IMG/VR virus record: IMGVR_UViG_3300028844_004234
Source of the DNA: an uncultured virus (IMG/VR IMGVR_UViG_3300028844_004234)
Taxonomy: Duplodnaviria; Heunggongvirae; Uroviricota; Caudoviricetes
DNA: 64,000 nt
Direction: 5' to 3' (one strand)
This document shows, one piece after another, positions 58,075 through 64,000 of the stretch. The position numbers and the translations under genes were made by a program. The notes under the pieces were generated by a model. The model was not told the origin of the DNA. It made no database searches and saw only the letters and a program-made list of their open reading frames with translations. How positions within the stretch are numbered: the first letter of the stretch is position 1; every line of letters begins with the position of its first letter.

Positions 58075-58763
58075 GTTATGATTTCCTCAATAATGATCTC
58101 GTCTGATTCATCTTTTATCCTACTGTGAATCTCTTTGATAATGGTATCAACGACACCTGATGGGTACTTAAGACGAATCGGAACCCTGAAAGAAAGACCA
58201 AGTACAACGGTGCTCTTATCCGTACCGATTGGGTATGTGATCTCTGGTTCTATTGACTCAAGGAATATCTCGGTGATATAATCTGCATTGGCTTTATCGT
58301 CGTCAATGTTAATAGTCACCCGAGGATTAAAGACCAACAGGATCTGCTCAAGAAGTTGAAACAGTTCCGACCGTGAGGAGCAAAACATATTAAGGTCTAG
58401 GCTAAGGGTCAGAGGAGGACCAAACACTCTCCGTACAACACCCTCTGGTGTAGATCCTTCTCCCATGACAAATTCGTCAACATGGTTATTCGGTCTTCGA
58501 TTCTGTTTGTCTATCTCAATACCACGCAGGGTAACAGCCATCATGGGGACTGATACTTGAGTTGTGAAGTGTTCTCTCTTGTTTATGATGGATGCTACGA
58601 TTCGATCCATTTCACCGTAGACAATGGGGACTCGCTTAGTGAGCTTTTCACCGTCACCGTCTCGGTCAACTCCGTCCTGTACCTGAAAACCGGACAGTGC
58701 TCTCATGAACTGACCGATGCAGCGTTTAATCTGATCATCTGAAATAAAATTATATAATGCCAT
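58071..58763 (-). CDS. Tail terminator / sheath stabiliser (gp15-like)
   Basis: QIKR.I.QF, VPIVYG, P.M, QLLEQIL..FNP. Confidence 0.85.
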   Translation of the reverse strand: MALYNFISDDQIKRCIGQFMRALSGFQVQDGVDRDGDGEKLTKRVPIVYGEMDRIVASIINKREHFTTQVSVPMMAVTLRGIEIDKQNRRPNNHVDEFVMGEGSTPEGVVRRVFGPPLTLSLDLNMFCSSRSELFQLLEQILLVFNPRVTINIDDDKANADYITEIFLESIEPEITYPIGTDKSTVVLGLSFRVPIRLKYPSGVVDTIIKEIHSRIKDESDEIIIEEIIT

Positions 58764-58818
58764 TTTGTATTTCCTAAATATAGTGGTCTAAAGTATTTAT
58801 TATCGGTAAATAAAGAAT

Positions 58819-59625
58819 ATGAGTATAAATTTTGAACAAGAACTAACAGAAGCATTCAGCAGTGTCTCATTCATGGACGTGAGTGAGATACGGACACTGT
58901 ATTACGGTCGTCTCAATATGTATGTATCCTTTACAGACGACTGGAAGATCAATTATACCGGTATGAATGGTAGTGACCTGATCAGACCCTATGGTGTTGA
59001 GTGTCACACAGTCGATACGCTTGTCGGTCGTAAAGCATCTTCCCCAATGTTCTATGGTTATGTCATGAGATTCAAGCCAAAACGTGGTTTTGTGAATGAC
59101 ATTTCGAACTATTCCGTGGACCAGTATAGAGAAGATGTTGATGTGATAGAAGCAATCGACTACATAAAGGATTCTGTTAAGCTACAGGCGCTTTCTGAGG
59201 TAGAGGCAGGGGTAAGATATAGGTCTTACTTTGAACGTCTCTGGGACTTAACCAGACGGCTTGCTGAGCAAAGTCGTTACAAGGATAAACTGTGGCGTCG
59301 AATCCTTCTTGATCTGGGGTACACAGGTTTCAATGATCCGAAAGGAAAGGGCATTCTGTCTGAATCAAAATCCCCTGTCACACTCATCATTGATTTCGAT
59401 GCGGTTGAGAAGTACGACATTGTACCTATCCAGAAATATAGAGTTGACAAACGGAGATATGTTACAGACAAGATTAAAAGAGAGAACAAAAAGATGTGGG
59501 TTGCCCGAAATAGAGTGGCTAAACGCAGAACAGAAAAATTTAGGAAAGATACGAAGGACAAAAAGTTGTTCGGTGTTCTTTCAAAGAAAGACTTAGAGAA
59601 TTTAAGACTCTTGGGAGGTCTATAA
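58819..59625 (+). CDS. Late protein, paralog of the N-terminal domain of 17632..18810
   Basis: NMYVSFT, LGY.G..D..GKGI shared; LTE motif near the N-terminus. Confidence 0.6.
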   Translation: MSINFEQELTEAFSSVSFMDVSEIRTLYYGRLNMYVSFTDDWKINYTGMNGSDLIRPYGVECHTVDTLVGRKASSPMFYGYVMRFKPKRGFVNDISNYSVDQYREDVDVIEAIDYIKDSVKLQALSEVEAGVRYRSYFERLWDLTRRLAEQSRYKDKLWRRILLDLGYTGFNDPKGKGILSESKSPVTLIIDFDAVEKYDIVPIQKYRVDKRRYVTDKIKRENKKMWVARNRVAKRRTEKFRKDTKDKKLFGVLSKKDLENLRLLGGL

Positions 59626-59629
59626 CATC

Positions 59630-60316
59630 ATGGCAATGAGACCAACAGGCAAGATAGGTTTTTATGGATCAAAGACCAGAGCATTACAGAGGAGACTGAG
59701 TTTTGAGATATTTGGTCTCACCTTCAAACAGGCAAACGTCTATAAGTATCTTGGTAGCCGTGAAAGCGTAACACCGGATATTGACGATGTGCAAATTAAG
59801 GTGTTCAGTGAGGTTGCTGACAGGGCATACGGGGAAGTTCCAGTAGAAGTACCAATTGGTATGGAACGTTTCTCGGAAGGGAAGATGGACTTCTCTCGAT
59901 TCGGTATACTGAACCCAATAGCGGATGAAACCATATTCAGGATGCACATTGATGATTTCGAACCACTGGGTAGAGATCTCATCATCGGTGATGTTTTTCA
60001 TTTACCGTTCTATGATAAGGATGGTAATAAGTCTCTGTGGGAGGTTACGGACGTTGACCTGAAACAGGAGGCAGAGAAATACATCGCAGTAATATACGCA
60101 ACACCACTATCAAGTAGTAGAACAACCAGAGAGATACCGGTTGACAACAGCAACGATGATGTTCTGACAGACATGATGAATGGGCTTTCTGATGAAGTGT
60201 CAGATGACGTTAAAACAGAAACACCATCATATGATGAACCTGTATCAAAAGAAGATATCGACTATAGATCAGACATTCAGGAAGATTTTCTGGATGATCC
60301 ATTTAAGAGCTTTTAA
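59630..60316 (+). CDS. Neck protein (gp14-like)
   Basis: F.EV.DR.Y, FSRFG, LGR....GDV..LP. Confidence 0.7.
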   Translation: MAMRPTGKIGFYGSKTRALQRRLSFEIFGLTFKQANVYKYLGSRESVTPDIDDVQIKVFSEVADRAYGEVPVEVPIGMERFSEGKMDFSRFGILNPIADETIFRMHIDDFEPLGRDLIIGDVFHLPFYDKDGNKSLWEVTDVDLKQEAEKYIAVIYATPLSSSRTTREIPVDNSNDDVLTDMMNGLSDEVSDDVKTETPSYDEPVSKEDIDYRSDIQEDFLDDPFKSF

Positions 60317-60327
60317 GGAAACAAACA

Positions 60328-61056
60328 ATGGCAACTTTTCAAGAATTTAGAGATGAAATTGAACTAGGTCTCGGTGGGACATTGGTTGATGTTGAGTTCG
60401 AGGACTCGGACTATCAGGTGTTCTTCAGAAAGGCAAAACGGACATTCAAACAGAAAGGTCACAATTCATACCGCAGAGAATATGTCCCAATTGATGTTTC
60501 GAGAGATACCAGAATATACACGTTACCATCAAATGTTGATGAGGTCGTTCGGATTGTGCAACCGAATACATCTGGTTTTAGTCTCGAAGATCCTTTGAGT
60601 ATGGCTGTCTACAATGATCTCTTTACTCCAACCGCTGCATCATGTTCCAGCTCGTTTGATTTTCTTTCATATGAGTTAACACTTGGTCTTATGGAAAGTT
60701 TCAAACGATATGGTGCGGTTGAGATTGAATTTGATTATGACAGGTTCAGGAAGACTGTTTCTATTCTCGGATCACCGAAAGCAACGGGTAAGTGTTTTGT
60801 TGAATGTTATGTCGATCTTGATGATGAAGAGTATTATGATATTGACTGGATTAATCGTTGGGCACTAGCTGAAGCAAAAGAAACATTGGGTATTGCATAT
60901 CGCAAGTTTCAATCAGTGGCTTCCCCTCAAGGTGACGCTAGTCTCGGTGGCGACCAGCTTGTCAATGATGCACAACGAGAGAAGGAAGCCCTGTTACAGG
61001 AGATTGAAAACTTCGTTGATGGTGAAATAGACTTTATGCCAATTCGTTTTGGTTGA
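60328..61056 (+). CDS. Neck protein (gp13-like)
   Basis: LGLGG.LVDVE, WI.RWALA.AK..LG....KF....PQG..SLGG..L..DA..E. Confidence 0.85.
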   Translation: MATFQEFRDEIELGLGGTLVDVEFEDSDYQVFFRKAKRTFKQKGHNSYRREYVPIDVSRDTRIYTLPSNVDEVVRIVQPNTSGFSLEDPLSMAVYNDLFTPTAASCSSSFDFLSYELTLGLMESFKRYGAVEIEFDYDRFRKTVSILGSPKATGKCFVECYVDLDDEEYYDIDWINRWALAEAKETLGIAYRKFQSVASPQGDASLGGDQLVNDAQREKEALLQEIENFVDGEIDFMPIRFG

Positions 61057-61351
61057 TGTAACTTTTCAAAATATCCCAGAGTCCCCCACCCGCTTCCTTA
61101 ATTGAGTCAAGATTCTCGGACGGGATGGGGATATACCCCCAGTCAATATGACAGTCTTCCATCCAATCTGAGATCATCTGACTTGCCTCAACACCACAGG
61201 CATTGAACATATCTTGCACCAGTGGATTGTTGTCAACCCGTTTAATGAACAGAATGTTGAACAACTGACCAAGCCGAAGATCCATACCGATGTTGTTTAA
61301 CTTCGAATAGATAGAAATAAACTGGCTGTATGTAATGGTATTAGTGGTCAT
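61034..61351 (-). CDS. Hypothetical protein
   Basis: LRLGQLF.N motif; ATGA coupling. Confidence 0.65.
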   Translation of the reverse strand: MTTNTITYSQFISIYSKLNNIGMDLRLGQLFNILFIKRVDNNPLVQDMFNACGVEASQMISDWMEDCHIDWGYIPIPSENLDSIKEAGGGLWDILKSYINQNELA

Positions 61352-61506
61352 TTCATGTCACTCTTGTGGATGATGTCAAATTTTACATGTGGTTTTTGGT
61401 CTTCTTTATCAAACTTAACACGGACCGCCTCTGAGAAAAGGAGAGGACCGGTTATGGAAACTTCCTGATTACCCTTTTTACCAATTACAAAAAATTCTTT
61501 GTTCAT
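61348..61506 (-). CDS. 52 aa hypothetical protein (not in the ORF track)
   Basis: MNKEFFVIGKKGNQ...HKSDMK; ATGA overlaps with both neighbours. Confidence 0.7.
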   Translation of the reverse strand: MNKEFFVIGKKGNQEVSITGPLLFSEAVRVKFDKEDQKPHVKFDIIHKSDMK

Positions 61507-61715
61507 TTCTCTGTCCCCTGTTTCATAATACGTTCAATGATGTTATCAGTTTCGACTGTTGCTGTCAACATGTCATTCAACGTGTTTAATTTTTCAAGAT
61601 CTTTGACATTATTAGGATCAAGCCCATCAATCATTTCGTGTAAATCGCTTTCACAGAGTATCCCACAGAGCACACAATGAGCACACATCCACCGTTTCAT
61701 GTCTTTATCAGCCAT
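61503..61715 (-). CDS. Hypothetical protein
   Basis: Translationally coupled in the operon. Confidence 0.6.
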   Translation of the reverse strand: MADKDMKRWMCAHCVLCGILCESDLHEMIDGLDPNNVKDLEKLNTLNDMLTATVETDNIIERIMKQGTEK

Positions 61716-62004
61716 TGCCGTTCTCTCTATGTTTCAATACGAGTTCCAGTTCTTCTTTTGTTAACCACATATGGTTTCCTTGAACTGAGACAAGATCCTG
61801 ATACCCGTAACACCAATCTCTTTTGTTGAGAAATGATTCACCCTCCTCAACAACTAGGAGGGTTCCCATAAAGTCCTTGATTGAGTATACGGTGTTTGGT
61901 TTCAGGACACCACTCCCTCTGAAGCCAGAACCAATCAGCAGATCAACAGTACCGGTGTCTCCGTCTGTACCGCGAGTTACGAAACGTGCCACTACATTTT
62001 TCAT
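61708..62004 (-). CDS. Hypothetical protein
   Basis: RBS GGAGG. Confidence 0.7.
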   Translation of the reverse strand: MKNVVARFVTRGTDGDTGTVDLLIGSGFRGSGVLKPNTVYSIKDFMGTLLVVEEGESFLNKRDWCYGYQDLVSVQGNHMWLTKEELELVLKHRENGNG

Positions 62005-62019
62005 GGGGTGTCCTCCACT

Positions 62020-62187
62020 TTATTTTTTGCGTCTCTCATACATCACTTCTAATGCCGATGACAGTATTATACCACCAACAGCGAGAGAAATGCCAGCAAT
62101 AGCGTTTTCGCTGAATACCGGCCAGAAGAAAACAAGCCACATCGCGTCGATGGCACCGTACCGTCGATATGTCAATAATCTTAACAT
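62020..62187 (-). CDS. Small membrane protein
   Basis: RBS GGAGG before ATG 62187; two hydrophobic segments. Confidence 0.6.
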   Translation of the reverse strand: MLRLLTYRRYGAIDAMWLVFFWPVFSENAIAGISLAVGGIILSSALEVMYERRKK

Positions 62188-62200
62188 GGTGTGTCCTCCA

Positions 62201-62524
62201 CTACATTTCCCACGGTTTCCATGGAGTGTCCCCCAATTTAAAAAGTTCATCATCGTTAAACACTTTAGCAACCCCGTATGGGTCTTGTCTCTTTTTCTCA
62301 ATGATGCGGGGTAATGTGTGATAGATATGATTCACTGTCTCAAATTTATCACAACAACACAATGAGAAAAGAGCGTCAGCCGTAGCCTTCCACCTAATCC
62401 TAGAATCTTGCTCTTCTCTGATGTAGTCGAGTGCAGTTTTCAAGTCAAGATATACCCATTTTAGTCGTGAAATTGAGAATTTCCTAATCGCATAGGAACC
62501 ATTGTTAAACTTAACAATTTTCAT
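62201..62524 (-). CDS. Hypothetical protein
   Basis: MKIVKF.NG.YAIRK start at 62524. Confidence 0.65.
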   Translation of the reverse strand: MKIVKFNNGSYAIRKFSISRLKWVYLDLKTALDYIREEQDSRIRWKATADALFSLCCCDKFETVNHIYHTLPRIIEKKRQDPYGVAKVFNDDELFKLGDTPWKPWEM

Positions 62525-63008
62525 TTTCGTCATACTCCACACAGGTGAACTCAACTCCGGTTGCATCCTCAACATCTAGGATTATCTTTTCAACAATATC
62601 CCAATCACCACCACCGAGACCACATCCGATATATTTTGGTATGATAAGTGTCGGTTGTGATACAAGATTGGTGAGAGAAGAAGCAACATCCATCAACGCC
62701 CTTGCGATTGCAGCATAGTTTGTATGCCTCGTCTTTGTGCCAAAGTCTCTTTGTGAGAACAGTGCAATAACCTCCTTACCGGAGGAACTCACATTGGAAA
62801 TTAAGTGGTCACCGAGACACACGGAGTCTCTACCTCGGACAGACAGAGAGTCTTTGTAATCTTCATAATGACTAGGATACACCTCTCTGATCTGTTTTGC
62901 AATACCACTACCCATAACACCCCTGCAATTCACCTGATGAATCAAGACGGCATTCTTTGGTAACTCTTCAAAGATTGTTAATGCATTACCTTTAACATGT
63001 TTCATCAC
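62511..63008 (-). CDS. Macro domain (ADP-ribose binding/hydrolase)
   Basis: HQVNC.GVMGSGIA..I...YP, IGCGLGGGDW. Confidence 0.9.
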   Translation of the reverse strand: MMKHVKGNALTIFEELPKNAVLIHQVNCRGVMGSGIAKQIREVYPSHYEDYKDSLSVRGRDSVCLGDHLISNVSSSGKEVIALFSQRDFGTKTRHTNYAAIARALMDVASSLTNLVSQPTLIIPKYIGCGLGGGDWDIVEKIILDVEDATGVEFTCVEYDENENC

Positions 63009-63204
63009 ATCTACCCCTTCCGGTTAACCTTGGATTTTTTTTGTAAGCCTTCTTACATTTCAGAGAACAGAATGGTTTGTTCTCATACTTTTTATACTTC
63101 CCGCAGTGTTTACATCTGAATGAATCATATGAATCATGTGTCTGTAGAAAATCCCGCACAGGCGGCATGTCTTCTATGATTTGGAACATCCTTTCTTGGT
63201 TCAT
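62992..63204 (-). CDS. Small zinc-binding protein
   Basis: CKHCGK...FCSLKC. Confidence 0.65.
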   Translation of the reverse strand: MNQERMFQIIEDMPPVRDFLQTHDSYDSFRCKHCGKYKKYENKPFCSLKCKKAYKKNPRLTGRGRCDETC

Positions 63205-63545
63205 GGTCTCATCAACCCCAATATTTTTTCAATTTGGTCTCGAACTTCTGGTTCCATGTATTTGTTTCTTAGAATATTATACAGGGAAAACACTTCATCC
63301 ACAACATCGCTGTATACTTCTTTTGCGATTTGTGCTTTTAGTTTTTTCTTGTGATATTCAATTTCTGTTTCGTTTTCACATAGACATGTAGCATGTATCT
63401 TCACCCCCAGATCACACCTACGAAATTGACGATGGTTCATTTTTTCGACTGTCTCGCGGAATGTGGCATACATCGCGTCACAGTATACGACCCTTTCGTG
63501 CCTCAGAGTACTGTCGATTTTATCAAGAAATTTACTCATTTTCAC
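63201..63545 (-). CDS. Hypothetical protein
   Basis: ATGA coupling. Confidence 0.65.
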   Translation of the reverse strand: MKMSKFLDKIDSTLRHERVVYCDAMYATFRETVEKMNHRQFRRCDLGVKIHATCLCENETEIEYHKKKLKAQIAKEVYSDVVDEVFSLYNILRNKYMEPEVRDQIEKILGLMRP

Positions 63546-63554
63546 CCCGTTTTA

Positions 63555-64000
63555 TCAAACAGCCGGATCTGATTCAACAATGTTCTTAATAGTTTCTTTG
63601 TGTCGCTTCCAGAATGACAATGCAGCTCTACCATCCATTTTTAGAATTTGTCTATCAGTGAAATCCCACCATTCTTGAAAAGAATGTCCTTCACATCCAA
63701 TATGTAGACGGTTTTTCGTGTATGCGATGTTGTATTCATCAAAAACACATACTGTTTTGATCTCTTTGTCATTACCGATTGTATTGTATAGCCCGTTCCG
63801 AACCAGAACCGCATCGGTTAGATTAGCACCTGTTAGATTGGCATCGGTGAGATCAGCACCTGTTAGATTGGCATTGGCGAGATTGGCACCTGACAAATCA
63901 GCGTCCGACAAGTCAACATTAGACAGATTTGCACCAACCAAATTGGATTCAGACAGGTCGGCATTAGATAAAATTGAGTTAGATAAATCTGCGTTAGCTA
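63555..64000 (-). CDS. Pentapeptide-repeat protein (5' end outside the window)
   Basis: A(N/D)L(S/T)x repeats continue with no stop to the window edge; C-terminal IGCE.H...W. Confidence 0.85.
   Translation of the reverse strand, partial: ANADLSNSILSNADLSESNLVGANLSNVDLSDADLSGANLANANLTGADLTDANLTGANLTDAVLVRNGLYNTIGNDKEIKTVCVFDEYNIAYTKNRLHIGCEGHSFQEWWDFTDRQILKMDGRAALSFWKRHKETIKNIVESDPAV

Noticed and set aside
925..63678. Many antisense and alternate-frame ORFs in the track (e.g. 22832..23515, 47351..48016, 55987..56571)
   Set aside because: They shadow well-supported genes and show no RBS or recognisable motifs
1..64000. tRNA, rRNA or integrase genes
   Set aside because: I recognised no cloverleaf/T-loop or recombinase motifs by eye; tRNAscan-SE would confirm

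Overview
This 64 kb window is from a large, T4-related lytic myovirus. I see no integrase, tRNA or CRISPR array. The left end (1-15.5 kb) encodes baseplate and tail proteins (PAAR, gp25, gp6, gp7-like, Fn3 and beta-propeller-repeat appendages), followed by envelope/lysis-type genes. Terminase, PhoH, a free-standing endonuclease and UvsX/Y/W (UvsW carries a LAGLIDADG intein) come next. The middle holds a proteostasis cluster and a full T4-type replisome with a two-gene family B polymerase, plus RNA ligase and Pnkp. The right end has an endolysin, neck/tail-completion genes and small early genes. Main oddities: (1) a set of late-expressed enzymes (several ADP-ribosyltransferase-like folds, a kinase, plus a zincin and an amidoligase with looser tags) whose core members share the N-terminal tag MKI(K/R)(D/E)(L/I)F(E), resembling a capsid-targeting/protease-cleavage signal for injected effectors; (2) a minimal DnaE-like family C polymerase split over two genes 18 kb apart; (3) a tail gene interrupted by one in-frame TGA right after a Gly-Ser linker; (4) a 5+5 near-identical propeller-repeat array; (5) a promoter-linked stem-loop with a CCUCC/GGA-rich loop upstream of the small terminase; (6) terminator hairpins fused to sigma70 promoters. 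All protein calls come from motif recognition by eye, with no database searches.
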